From NCBI GenBank assembly GCA_012295275.1, contig CM022678.1:12524001-12588000 (forward strand): a DNA stretch of 64,000 bases, in the 5' to 3' direction. The notes under the pieces were generated by a model that had not been told where the DNA came from, did not search any database, and was given only the letters and a program-made list of their open reading frames with translations. A program made the position numbers and the translations under genes. Source of the DNA: Chrysomallon squamiferum. Its lineage: Eukaryota > Animalia > Mollusca. How positions within the stretch are numbered: the first letter of the stretch is position 1; the number at the start of each line of letters is the position of its first letter. This document shows positions 50,221 through 64,000 of this stretch, in pieces.

Positions 50221-53200
50221 GTCTTTATTGAAGAAAAATATGTCCTGTTAAAAATATTTTTAAAAAGAAGTATAGATCAGTAACATGTTAATGGTTCTAA
50301 CTCTATTGGTACTGTCATTCCCAATAAATCAGTCTTCTTATATTTGTACTGAATGGCAAGAGAGAAAGAAATTGTAAACTTGAAAAAAAAAAGAAAAAAA
50401 GTTTGAAAAAAAACAGGTTGTTTATAAATCATTTGTTTTGCATTCCTTATGTTTGGTAATCTTTTTTTTTTTGGTTTCTAACTTAGTAAATATATATTAT
50501 TTTGTAGGATGTTTTCATATTTAATCATAATATTTCACACATTAACATCAATCCATCGGCATATCTGATTAAAACACTGTAATGAAAGTAAATCATTGGT
50601 TACTGATAATGAAAGTGTTTTAAATTCAATTATTATTTTATATATATATTATTTTTATTTTTTAATGAAGAATTATCCATTATGTACATTTAAACTTAAC
50701 ACGTTTCATCAGTAAATACCTTTTTTTATTTTTAGTAATAATAATATTAACATTATTTTGGATATAAAGTGTAGACTGCAACATTTTTGTACTGCAGGTT
50801 TTATAACACTGAGTCACAAGAATTAAATAGACAATTAATTTGACAACATGTAAATATGTGTAAATGAAATAGTTTATTGATTGCAAAGTAGATGGAACAT
50901 TTATTTCAGTGTTTACTGCAAAGTAACATAATTTTCTGTGATGGATCTAGTCTTGTTAATCCAGTTCATATTTTTAAAATAGTTACTTTATGTTCTGTTT
51001 GGCGTGTTAAAAGAGAATCTTCACAAATCTGGCAATATTTAGTTTTTATACAAGAAACTGAAGAGATACAACAACAAATAAATTTATAGTTTTTGTTGTG
51101 AGGTTTTCATTAATATACTTAATATAGATAGTAATCATGGAAATAGTCTCATATTAATAACATTTACGAACAAAAATAAAAAAATACAATAATAAAATAA
51201 ACTATAAACTAAACTAAAAAATAAAACAAAATAATAATTAAAAAATGACAACAAAAGAAACATTTTGATCATATATTTAAAAAATGATCATTAAAATCCA
51301 GTCTTTCTATTAAAAACCATGATATTAAATTATTATTATTATCATTTTTTTATTCTAATGTATATATATTTTGACATGAATCTTAACCTGCAAGAAAATC
51401 ATCAGAGAGTTTGTGGATATTTAGGTTCTGTGTGCATGAATGTTTTGCCTGAAGCAACATTCAGCCACCAGGCCAGTAATTGTCATTACTGGAGAACTGA
51501 TGATACAGCTTGATCAATGATAAAACTTTTCAGCACAATTTTCACACTCGTAGTGCCAATAGCTTTCGAATAATCAATATATTCATTCAGCCAGAGAATT
51601 TTATCCCTCCAGAAAATTATATCCCATTAGCTTTTTTATTAGGTGTCCATGAAATGCTACAAAAAATTAAATTAAATTAAATTAAATTAAATTAAAAATA
51701 TTATAAAAGAAAAAGAGGTAATGAAAATTGTGTATTTTAAGAAATATTCTGAATTATCTTACTAAAATAATAAAGATACCGGTTGTGGTACTTGTATGAT
51801 GATAAATAAACAAATAATTAAAAGATAAAAATAACATTATTTATTGTTGTTTTTTCTGCTCTCACACAGACTGAGAGAGCAAAGAAAAATACGGTTTTTG
51901 AAGAAAAGTCAAACAGAACATTTATTTGTAATCACAGCCATCATGCTTTAGATACAGTGTGATGTGAAAATTTCAGTAGTAAATGTATGAATGCAATGAA
52001 TTTCAATTTCTTTATGCTGTACCTGTTTGGAACTTAATTTTAAAATTATAACACTGTTCAATAGAAATAGTTTATCCAAGAAGTAAAAATATTCTTTTCT
52101 TTAGTGATCATTTTATTTCTGTTGTGTTTTTTAATTCATTCTACTTGGACAGCTTTGAACGTGCATTAGCAGAATGTTTTTTTTTCTTCCTCCTTATTAT
52201 TTTTTCTTTTCTTTATCTGTGAATTTAATCAAGAGGCACTTGTCATTTACAACAGAATAAAAGCCAGCGTTTAACATGGCTCTCATCCTTGTGTCTGTTA
52301 ATCACTGTATTTCACAATCACACTGTTCTTCATTTCCTATTTCCCTGTGTGATTATATGTCTCATATTATATCTCACTTGAATCTAAGTGAACGATTCTT
52401 CAGAAACAAACACAGTCAATAATCAATGCTGGATGGGATTTGGATGTTTAATATTAGTCAGGGTGAGGCTGGGGGCACATGGACATAAACAGTCTCAACT
52501 GGAAATATGTCATTCTGTACTTGTAATGTTTTCACTGTAAATTGTATTTTTATGCTTCTAGACTTGTGTGGCTTTCTTTGCTGTAAATAATTATTACTGA
52601 TGATATTTTTCTCTCTCCCTTTTAGTCTTCTTACATTTTTTCACTATATTATAAGTTAGATTGTATTTTTTTTTTTCCATTCACCTTGTGCTATCTGGTG
52701 ATTTCACTGAATCCTTTAATGTTTATATATATTATATTATCAGTTTCTTATGTATTATTTGTGTTACTGTAAAAACCCAATATTTTTAATATTTGAGTGT
52801 CTGTTTTTGTTTTGTTTTTCTCTACTGATACATTTCATTGTTTTATTTCTGCTTTACTGTCTTATGGTATGTTTTATTCTCATATGATTCATTGTTTTAT
52901 TTTTTTCTTACTATGTGTGATTTATTTTTCATTTGGCATGTTTCATTTTCTTGTTTCATTCTTTATTTTTCTTTCATTCTTTTTTTTGTTTCTTTTTCAT
53001 TCATTATTTTTCTGCTTTCCTTTTAATCTTTTCTCTTTCTTTAGTACTGCCTCTTGTTAAAGACAAATCCTCTTAGAAACAACTAATCACTCTCTGCCTT
53101 GCAGGCAGCCGGAGCTTGCCTTGTGTGTCAATTTGCAGTGTTTGTCTGCTGTAAATGGTGAGGCTGTAAGCAGATGGGTACAAATTGCTATTGATTAATA

Positions 53201-56200
53201 CTTACCCATTTCATCCACATCACTTGTCACATCTTGTCAGATACACTGATAGCTTTCACTACACTGGACACTTCTGATGCAGCATCCAGCTCTGCATTGT
53301 GTTTACAAATATTTAGAAATTGCTGTTTGTTATCAGCAGGATGCAGTGTTTTCTAACTGCTTTTTGACCATCATTTCATCTACGTCTTGTAAATTAAATA
53401 TTGTTTCTAGTGCTATTATTAAGCTGACTTTTCCGTTTTTATATTTTTAGGTTTTTAAATATTTGGGTTTTTTTTAAATTTTCATTTCATGTTGTTGGTT
53501 AAATTCGTTATGAAAAAATCCCCCAAGAATGGCTTTTGTTTTCTTAAAATGAAACTCTCACAGTGATTATAAACATTTTCTTTTTACAGAATTTTTTCCT
53601 CAAAATTTCCGACACTGTTACTACTTTTGTTATAAATTATTCCCAGTAATGAAAGTCCATCTAGCTTTAGAAAGTAAGAATGAGATGTCTAAGAACAATC
53701 ATAATGAATTTGGCCAATAAAATGAAAAATAATTAAAAAAAATAATTTTAAAAGGTAAAAATGGCAGTTTTTTTTGATGATACTGGAAACAAAATTTGAT
53801 CTACATGCTAAACAGAAATAAATAACAGTGAATGAATGTATTGTATATAGTTCAGTTTGCTGGTTACTGTGACATTGGTTGGAATGTCTAGTAACTGATG
53901 GTTAACAAACACTTTCCAATTGACAGACTTAAACATACAGTGGCTTTTATTACTTCACTTATTGATTACTGGCAAGAAAATGAAATAGCTTAAAGGCCAT
54001 TGGAGAATTGATCTTGTGACTGTTAGGTTTTAGGCAGCCACTTTATCACAACACGGAATGACTCTTCATCATTATTAATCAGGCTGTGTTGTATAATTAT
54101 TTACTTTAATAAGGAATTCTGTCAGCCTTTAAAACTTAATCATTAACTGGCGTGATAGGGAATAGGACGTAAATAACATTTTTTTCAGAGATATCGCAGT
54201 CATTAACTTGTGTCATACTGAGATAGAGAGTCGGATGTAAATAAAATATTTGTTCAGCCCTTAAATGAAATCCCAAACCCTTTTTCCATTAGCTGGTGTG
54301 ATACTGAAACAGAGTAGAATGGTTTCTTGTAACGTCTCACTGACTCACACAACTGAGAATTTTTAATTTGATTACCAGGCTTCTGTTTGCCGTGTAGCAA
54401 TAAATTAATAAATATCCAATTTGAATGCTCATGAATATCTTTTGTGTTAGCTGATTCAGTTGTGTTCTGGTGTTTTTCTACAGCTGGCTGTTACATGTAA
54501 TGCTTTATCAGATACAGCTGATACACTGAATAAGTTTCATTGCTGGAATACATGTACATACATACATACATACATACATACATACATACATTCATAAAGA
54601 ACTATAAACATTGACTCCTATAATTTAAGAATTCAATGCCAAATACAATAGCTGTTCAGTAATAAATGAAAAAAGTAAATTAATGTGACAGTTTTTCTAG
54701 GTGTTACATTATTTGATTACAGCTTATTAACTGTAGCTATAAAGTTCTGTAATATTAGCTTTAAGTATAGCTGCTTTTATTACTTTATAAAATTTACAAA
54801 CATATTTTAAATACATTTTCTGATTATTTGTCTGATGTGTACCCAGAAATATTTATAACTGCTTGCAGTTTAGTATATATTATTGTTTCTAATTATTATT
54901 ATTTTTGTTTAGTTTACCACATTTGTTGTGACTTTTTTTTATAAAATTGATTTTTGAGTAAATTGTTCCTTATTATGTTTACATTTGTTTTTATTGAAAT
55001 AAATGATAAAAATGAATGTGACCATTTCTACAGTTTCTTACTGTTATAATTTAAATACTCAAAAAAAAAAAAAGTGCCCAAGAAAATCAAAATAAAACCA
55101 GACAAATAAAATAACAACAAAACAAAACTGTATATAATCACAGTCTGCTTTTATTAGAATTAACTTCTTTATTATTATTATTATTATTTCCAGTAAGTAT
55201 CAGAAGAGAAAATAACATTAAACAAAACTAATGGATGTCAGGTTAAAACAGGCTAGATACTAATGTTATTACAAATGTTTTTCAAAAAGAAGAAAACAGC
55301 CAATTATAAAACCTATCCTATAATTAAATATCTATTTTTTGTTAGTTACCATGGCTTATACATTACATTATTAACTGCTTCTCTATGGTGTTCTATCTGT
55401 TCATGTTTCCAAACAGTCATACACGTTATAGTTATATCTTTCTCGTTTATCAGTTACCATGGTAACATTAGTGGTGGGCTTTAGTATGTTCAAAGTACTT
55501 TCATGAGTACTGCTGAGTAGTGTGTGTGTCTGTTTTTCTTTTTGTCTGTCTCAAAGAGCAGAGCTGAAATAATTTATTTGACTTCAAAGTTAAAAATATC
55601 TTAGGTCATTGACACAAGTTAAATTCTTTTAAAATTGTAATGATATTATGTTGTTTATGAAATAAAACCATAAGCTTGTACCATAGATTTTAAAAAAAAT
55701 TTTTTATTGTTTTGGTAAATTAATAATACTGATTACATTTGAAAATCTAATTTTAAAATAGGCAGATAAATAATATAAAGTGATTTTTAAGAACTGCCAT
55801 TTTCTCATCAGTGTTTGAAAAGAAATCATAATTACATAGGGAGATGTAAAATAATAGCTATTTTTACCTAAAATGTCGTCTCGTTAAAATATGACAAAAT
55901 AATACTTGCATTGATTTTGAGATTCTGTAAGTGAAAGAGATCAAATCACTATGATTAATTAACAATAACAGACATTCTAAATCTGTAATAACACTGACTC
56001 CTATTCTTATAATGAAGTCAAAACGTATTAATACTAATTTTTCCTACACCGCTGACATTTGTCTTAGATTAGGAAAAACATTTATTTTATGTTGCATAAC
56101 TTTAAAATTTAATGTTTGCAAAGTTAGAAATGTTCATACTATTCAGTAGATTTTTAATAATTGACTGAAATGGAATTAGTTAGTCTAATATTCAGTTTAT

Positions 56201-57099
56201 CTCTCAGCTGTTATAGGGAACAAATACAACACAATTTATTTTTCATTAGATTTGTGATAATATGATAATAATAATAATGAGAGAATAAAATAATTTCTGC
56301 TGCCAGTATGTAGACTATACAAATAACATACACCCACTACTTCACAGATTAAAAAAAAAGTGGAAAAAAGCCTTTTCTATGTTGCTGTTATTGTTGTTGT
56401 TTTTTATTAAAAAAAAGATAGACTCATTACAACATTGAAGAAGACTGATTATATTTCAAAACACATTTTATCTGAACACTATCTACAGATCACTCATATA
56501 AGTTAAAAAAAAGAAATTACTTCTTGGATTTTTTAGTTTACTTAAACATCTCGTTTGTTATTACTGATATGCATCCTTGTATTTTGGAAACCATTCTTTG
56601 TCTTTCTGACATTAGAATTATTTTCTGTTACAAATGATACACAGGCTAGCTCACGGCAACACAGACCTCGGGGTGACAATATAATGACATTAAGCTTCAG
56701 GATGTGTTGGTCTTAGAATCTAATTTGAGGCTGCGACAATTGGTCATTTATATACAGAGACTGAGCTAGACAACAAAGTGGTGGACATTCTTACAGTCTG
56801 ATAGATTTGTGTTGTTAATGAGAGTATAATTAACTTAAGCTTGAAGCTTGAATGATGTAATTGGCCATTTACATAAAGATACTTGAACAAATCAAAACAG
56901 TCTTGGTATGTTTACAGTTTAAGCATGATAACTTAGCAGTCTTAATTATCACATAATTAGTGTAAGTCTCAGGATATAACAATGATGGAATGCAGAAATA
57001 TATTTGCAAACATACACACACACACACACACAACACACTTTTGATTCACTCACAGTGGTGCAATAACATGGTAAGACAAAAGAGTAAAATCTATGTGAT

Positions 57100-57710
57100 C
57101 TTCATTATATCTCTTCATTCTATTATCATCTCTTCCTTATAAAATTAGAAACAGTTCAAAGATTCTGAAATGCATAATGTTGAGTAGTTTTAAACAAGGC
57201 AGTATGATTCATCTGTGGAAGAAATTATTTGTAATTCAGTGTATCTGTAAGTCTCACTTTGGAAATAACTGTTCATTACAGAAAAAAACTTAAACATTGA
57301 TTTATATTATATTATTATATATCTTCATTTTATCTTTATAAAATTAACTTCATAGAAACAGTTCAAATATTCTGAAATATAAAATGATAAGTAGTTTAAA
57401 TGTTGTTTGTGATAGAACTTTGGATTAAATTAATATTGTATGTAGTGTATCTCTGTAAGTTTCATGATCACTGTCCATTACATCTCTTCGTTTCTTGCAA
57501 AATTGGGAACAGTTAAAATATTCTGAAATATTATACTGTTCGGTTTTTAAATAATGTATTGCGACTGAACTTCAGATTAAATTACTTCTAATAAAGTTTA
57601 TGCTTGAAGGTAACTGTTCACAAGGATTATTTAATTCTCTTTCTTCATTTCTTCCGTATAAAATTAACTGCTTATAAACAGTTCAGGTATTCTGAAATAT
57701 AAATTGTTTC
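57100..57710. repeat. Old ~170-210-bp tandem repeat, ~4 copies
   Basis: AAAATT...AAACAGTTCAAATATTCTGAAAT recurs at ~57140, 57340, 57500 and 57660. Confidence 0.7.
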
Positions 57711-59609
57711 TGTGGCAGTCTAGGAAAACCCATTGGAAATAGCTGTGAGTTTTATCAACACAGAGGTCAAAACACATTATACAGTTACTGCTAGTCCATT
57801 CTGACATTTTTTGCTTATATTAAAACCAAAATATTAAAGTATAATTGCCCTAAAGTGTGTGTGTGTGTGTGTGTGTACATACACACCTGTTGCATATCAC
57901 TATACTGGTGGTGAAACAACCTATAACCCCTGTTGCCACTGCACATACATACATACATACTTACATTGTTTACAATACTATGGTGCACTGTTCAAAGCCA
58001 GTATGCTTGTCAATCATTTTCAGTGTCACATTTTTCAAAAACTTTACTAACATTTGTAACTGTGTCAAAACTTAGATAAGAATGCCCAAAATACATTTGT
58101 TACGCTCTAGGGTGTTAAAGGGTGTTAAAGAATATTTTATGATTACCAGCAAAAACAAAAATGGCAGTTCCTATGGCAGCCACGAGGAACAATTAATATG
58201 AAGAATTTAGCAACTGAAAAGTTTTAGAAGACTTATGTTAATGATTACTTTGCATTGTAACCTGTAAAGGTGCTGAATTTCAACACAAAGGAATGTAAAC
58301 AAGTTACAGTCATAACAATGAGTGGCAGTTATTAAAATTGTGATGGATGGTCTTTCAAAATTGTTATCAAGTGTTTTAGTGGGGGTCACCTTACATCACT
58401 TGTTCTTGCTTTAGTTTCAGTGTGGTGAAAACTCTTAATAAGTAATGAAATCATTACTGTTCTGCATAATGAAACTCTAAACACAGTTTTCTCAGTTTGT
58501 TTTCTGCATAGTTTTATCTGAAAAATGTCATATCTTCTTTTCTAAATGGAATGTTTAAATAATAAAAAGTGATTTTAACTGGAAGCTTTCAGTAATGTCA
58601 GAAACCGAAAATAACTTTTATTTTAGTTTGTCATGTGATGGCTTTCCTAGATCGCCACACATACAGTGTTCATGTTTTAAATTATTGGATTAAATTAAGA
58701 TTGAGTTTTGGATTAAGTTACTGCATTTTTGATAAAGGCACAGCTAAATGTAAATAATTACCAGCACGATCATCATTATTATTTAAGATACTTAAAATTA
58801 CAGTTGATTTAAATTAATTCAGTTAATTTTTGTACTAAGCATTTCTTATGTTTTGGTTAAAGGCAGAGTTACAATGTATATTTTTATTGTAAAAAAAAAT
58901 GTCTCAAATTATGCATGTTGTTTTAAATTAGTATTACTATTCTTTTGTTGTTATTGTTTGTTATTTTGAATTTTTTTTAATAGATAAATAAATTTATATT
59001 ATGTCATTATTTATTAAATAAACTATTTGATTACTTTATTTTTAAAAATATTAGATTTATACAAACTTCCATTTCACTACATTTGATTCACTGAGAAAAA
59101 AAAATGTTTTTATCGTGCAGCTTGTATATTGCTTAAATCATAAACTGAGAATTCACAGAATTGTTTATAGCTTAGTAAGGATCATTAATGTATTAAATTA
59201 TTTGTCCACTTTTCACATTGATTAGTTTTCTGTGTTTATGTGTTAACCATATTAATTTACAGAATTTTTCACATCTGTTGTTACAATCTATAATACTTTA
59301 TGCTAATAATCTCATAAACAACACAACAGAGTGGAAAGTTTGATTAGTTTGACAGCTTTAGACATTCACAGATGTGAAGGTTAATGGGTTCAATCCTCCG
59401 TCCATCATTTTAATAATTTTTCATTCAAGAAAATGGCTGCCTGTCTCTCTCTGTCCCAGATTTAATTTTAATGAAATTTATAGTTGAGTTCAGATTAACT
59501 TTACCTGGTATAAAATATAAAATAATGTGATTTATTAATAAAATGAAATATAACAATGTCATTTATTGTAATATATATAATAAAATAAAAAAATAAAATA
59601 TTTTTAACT

Positions 59610-59641
<32 letters not shown>

Positions 59642-62600
59642 TTATAATATAATAATGTGATTTATGGTTAAAAAATAATATTATGTAATAATAATAATAT
59701 ATAATAAAATAAAATATATTGTGGCTTATCAATGGAAGGAAAATAATACAGTAATAATAATACAGTAATATAATAATAATAATAATAATAATATAATAAT
59801 GTGGCTTATCAGTGGAAGGAAAATGGTAATAGTAATATATAACAAAATAAAATATAACAGGTATTTATCACTGAAAGGAGATTAGTCGACTTCTGTGTGA
59901 AATTGTTGCCATGTTTTGTGCAGTTACGATACAGTTACTAATCAATTCTGTGTGTGAGTAAATGCTGAATCCAATCACTTCCATGCTGAAAGTCCATACA
60001 TAATTATTAAACATTGCAGAGTAATCAAACATTCATTGTTCTGTTCAGAAAATTAAATTTCACTGCTTGCGTTGTTTTCATGGTCCAGTTGTTTCAATTC
60101 CTTTTATGAATTGTCTACCAGATTTAGATAAATAAGTGTTTGTTTTTTTACTTTTTATAGATATTTTTATGTATTTTTTTATTAATTACATTATTTATTT
60201 ATATGTTTAATTGTATGTTGCTATTCTTACTTTAATAACTGATACGTAAAACATTTTTGTAATGTTTGTCAATATAAAATCTACAATATATGATTTGTTT
60301 TTTTTCTTTTTTTTGTTGAATTATCTATTTACTGGGTATGACTTGATGTAAGTTATGTCAATCATAATAATGTATAAAATACTAATAAAATCAATAAATA
60401 AAAATCGATCAAAGCTACAACAACAAATCATTATTTCAGGATCAATATAACAAGTTATTTATTGAATACAGAATCATAGTTTGTCCAAGTTCATATTTTA
60501 CTTTGCATATAATCATGTTAATATCATCAAATAGCAGTAATGACGCTATATAAATAATATTAATTTATAAAATTAAATTTTACAATTATAAAGTGCACAT
60601 AAATCATGTAATTTGTAATATTATTTATGAAAATATTGAGTTATAAATTTGATATAGAGATGATTTTCTCAGCTGTTGCAATTTGTGTTTATTTTGTATT
60701 CAGTGACTGCAACACATTTTTGTAGTGGTGTACTTTGTAACATTTGTTCCATTTATATTAATTAAAATTTAAAAATACACTTGCCCACATTAAGCAATAA
60801 AGTTAATTATGTGAAACAATGCTCCCAATGATTTTTTTTCTAAAATACTTCTTCAACTTAAAATGTTGATGTGTACAGTCTATCCAAGTAGAAATGTCTA
60901 TTAAAATAATTTGCTTTTTGGAATTCATTAAAAATACTATTCAGATTTTTTTTAATTATTGTATTTTAGTGTAAGCAATATTAAGAAATGTTATTTTGGG
61001 GAATGCCTAATAATAATAATAATAATAACAATAATAACAACAATAGTAATAATAAATATTCATCTGAAATATTAATATGATTTTCCAGTGGAAAATTTTG
61101 GGTTACTTTATTTTAAATTTTGCATTACAATTGCCTGAAAATTCAGTACATTTTCATTGTTGATATTAACATCTGAAATACTTAAAGTTATACCAATAAC
61201 TATGTGAAAATTTTATATATTTTTTTTTGTATAATAATGTTCCAGTGAGAAAGAATATTATTTTGATGTCATTTTACAATTTAGGAAAAGTTTTGTGAAA
61301 ACTGCATGACTATACAATACATTTATGATAAACATACATAATTATTTTATTAACATTACACTGAAAAGAAATATTCTTTTGATTTTATCTTCAATTTCGT
61401 CAGGTTTTTTTTGTTTTTTTAACAAAATCTGAATATTTATTGTGTATATTTAAAATATTCATCCAGATTTACCATGGTAATTTTTCTAAATTTTTGTTGC
61501 GTACTGTCAAATTTAAAAAAGGCTGTTGTTTTGGTGTTATTACACACTTGTTGTAAATTCTTTATAAAAATAAATTAAACCTCACCAGTGTTTTGTGCAT
61601 TTAAATAACAATAAAAAATCATTACGTCCTTGAAAATATTCATTGTGAGAGAGATTTATATTTTCCTTGTGGAATCATTTTTGGGAACATTTCTTGAGAA
61701 ATTCAGCAGCATAAATATTCTATTGTGAGCCCTCAGGGATTAGAGAACTGAGTTAACGAATGGCTGTAACAAACTTGTGTTCTGCACTGCTGCTGTACAG
61801 GGAGATTTCACTTTTTAAACCGATTTCCACAATGTCAACTCAAGGCTGGATCGCTCTTTCTAAACTGATTAGAAACCCACAGAGACAACCCAGTATTAGA
61901 TTGTTACTACCATCGTCATTCTGGCAGTAATTAATTATTTAAATTATTCTAGTTGAGCCTGCTAATGACATTTCAGTCCAGTTGAAAACTGTTATTTCCA
62001 TGAATTTCTGAGGTTGTTTTGTAAATAGAAATCTGCACCTCACACAATAAATGAACAAAAGAATATTTTAAGTAGTTTGTTCCACTGTGATAGTTACCGG
62101 TCTGTCTGTGTATATATCTGACTGACTTGTCTATCTATATCTCTTCTATTCTTTTTTCTTTTTCTTTTTTGTTTTCTAAGAAACAGCAGAACATTAACAT
62201 CAGAAGAACATACCTGCAAAGATTTAGTCACTAGAAAATAATTAGACTGGAAGTTTAAATTAAAAATCATCATCTTTAATATATCCTTGAAGATATTTAC
62301 TCTGAGACTTACTTTATAAATAATAATTTTAATCTCTATGTATCATGCTAGATCTCAGTGTGTCAGAAAAGATTATAATTTTAATCAAGAATTATTTTAT
62401 TTTGATCAAGTTCCTGGTAACTGTTGGTAAAAAGAAAAATCATTATATTTTTCATTATATCCCTTTTGTATCAGTATTCGATCACTACAAATTTTGTTAA
62501 ATTATATTTGTATTTGAAAGAGAAAGAAAAGATAAAGACAAAATGAGAGATTAATATGAAACAGTTAATTTCAAATAATAATCAATCCACTGAATGGTTA

Positions 62601-62898
62601 ATAATGAATTAACAACATGACATTTGCTGCAACATTAGCACAGTAATATGTTTACACCACAGACTATAAACACTGGTTTGATTAATTAGTTTTGCTTGCT
62701 ACTTATGTGTTGTATTGATACTGTATCAACATATCAAGGACACAGATAATTAATTTAGCTTTTAATTTTAGTATTTTATGTGTAAATAGATTATTATTTC
62801 TGTGAACTGATTTTTGGTAGAAGATCAGTGAGTGCATGTGTATATATATGTGTAAAAATGTGTGTGTGTGTGTGTTTGTTACCAGTGTTTGAACAGTG

Positions 62899-63023
<125 letters not shown>

Positions 63024-64000
63024 ATGGATATTTTTTTTCCGCTCTTGTTTTTAGTGTAAAAATAGAAATCTCTGTGTAGTGACTTTAACCCAGACAAGTG
63101 TACCTGTTCTCCAAGTAGAATTAACAACACATGATTTACATCACTGCAGTGTTTTGTATGTGTTCATTTCTATTTTCTTTTTTATATTTTAATATCTATG
63201 ATATATGAAGGTACCTTAATATTTATTTATTTATTTATATATTCGTTTATTTATTATTAAGAAAAAGAAAAACAATGAAGAAAGAAAGAAATAATAAAGT
63301 ATCTAATACTCTTATTTGTATTTTTAAATTCAATTTACAAAGTGTTCAGTAATAAAAAAGGACACTTCATTTTTTTCTCTCCATTCTTAAACAGAAACTA
63401 ACATTTCTGCACATTATATTGTAATGACAGTTATATTATACTTGAATATTACTTTCTTAAAGGAAAATTAAAAAACAAACCAAAAACAATATTCATAGAC
63501 ATCAGAAACTGACAGATGGCAAATGTTAGTTGAAAAAACTAAAACAAAACAATTATTGATGTCATTGACTTTTAGGTTCTTGAACTTCCTGCCTGCAGTT
63601 TCAGATTTCTAATTTAGATTATCATCAAGGAAATTATGGTTTTCAATGAATAAATTTTAAATGGAATATGTTGATTTTATTCACTGATATTTCTAGTTTT
63701 CCAGGTAGTAGAGATTTTAGAGAAACTGTATTTTGTTCAATTTACAAAAATATATAAGCTTTTTTGTGTAAAATCTAGTGTGTTTTATTAAATTAATTTC
63801 CAAATTATTATTATTATTATTATTATTACTATATTTTTTTTAGGGGGGGATTGTAAACAGTTTGTTCATGTAAGGCCATAAGAAGGAACTCAGTGTTTTA
63901 CATTTTATTAGTTTTAAATACTTTGTATATATTTATTTCAAACCATATATAAATAAAAATTACTACAACTGTATACATATTTTGGGACATTGAAAGAATA

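Noticed and set aside
51929-51965. miR-2-like seed ATCACAGCC (also miR-71-like TGAAAGAC at 45631 and miR-745-like GAGCTGCC at 49831)
   Set aside because: Only the seed matches. The rest of the mature sequence and a proper precursor hairpin are absent.
54181-54230. Acceptor followed by (K)DI as PTDSS1 exon 7
   Set aside because: It continues AVINLCHTE, without the conserved GK.KR..LQFTP.
59340-59405. tRNA-like B-box GGTTCAATCC
   Set aside because: No cloverleaf or convincing A-box; at most a SINE scrap.

Overview
AT-rich, microsatellite-dense, intron-containing animal DNA. A mollusc or other lophotrochozoan is likely, inferred from the gene families and repeat style. By splicing exons by eye I find, in order: (1) a RING/coiled-coil/NHL-like TRIM pseudogene (1191-3038); (2) a degenerate satellite carrying telomere-like CCCTAA tracts, with a mariner-type MITE inside it; (3) two tandem 4-exon SLC16/MCT-like MFS transporter genes (10497-13225 and 16633-20212), the second with decaying splice signals; (4) a transposon graveyard (~21.6-30.0 kb) with a hAT MITE, a decayed multi-exon DUF6589-like gene carrying a PHD-finger remnant, a mariner MITE and a Tc1 relic; (5) a small secreted ShKT-domain gene with a perfect ISRE at its 5' end, which is absent from the ORF track; (6) a 4-exon, ~655-aa secreted, extremely acidic heptad-repeat protein (39460-42504), a candidate biomineralisation/matrix protein; and (7) the first six exons of phosphatidylserine synthase 1 (PTDSS1-like), with a GC-AG first intron and a >14.7-kb sixth intron running off the window. 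Most short ORFs in the track are microsatellite or shadow frames. No database searches were run; family assignments come from motif recognition.
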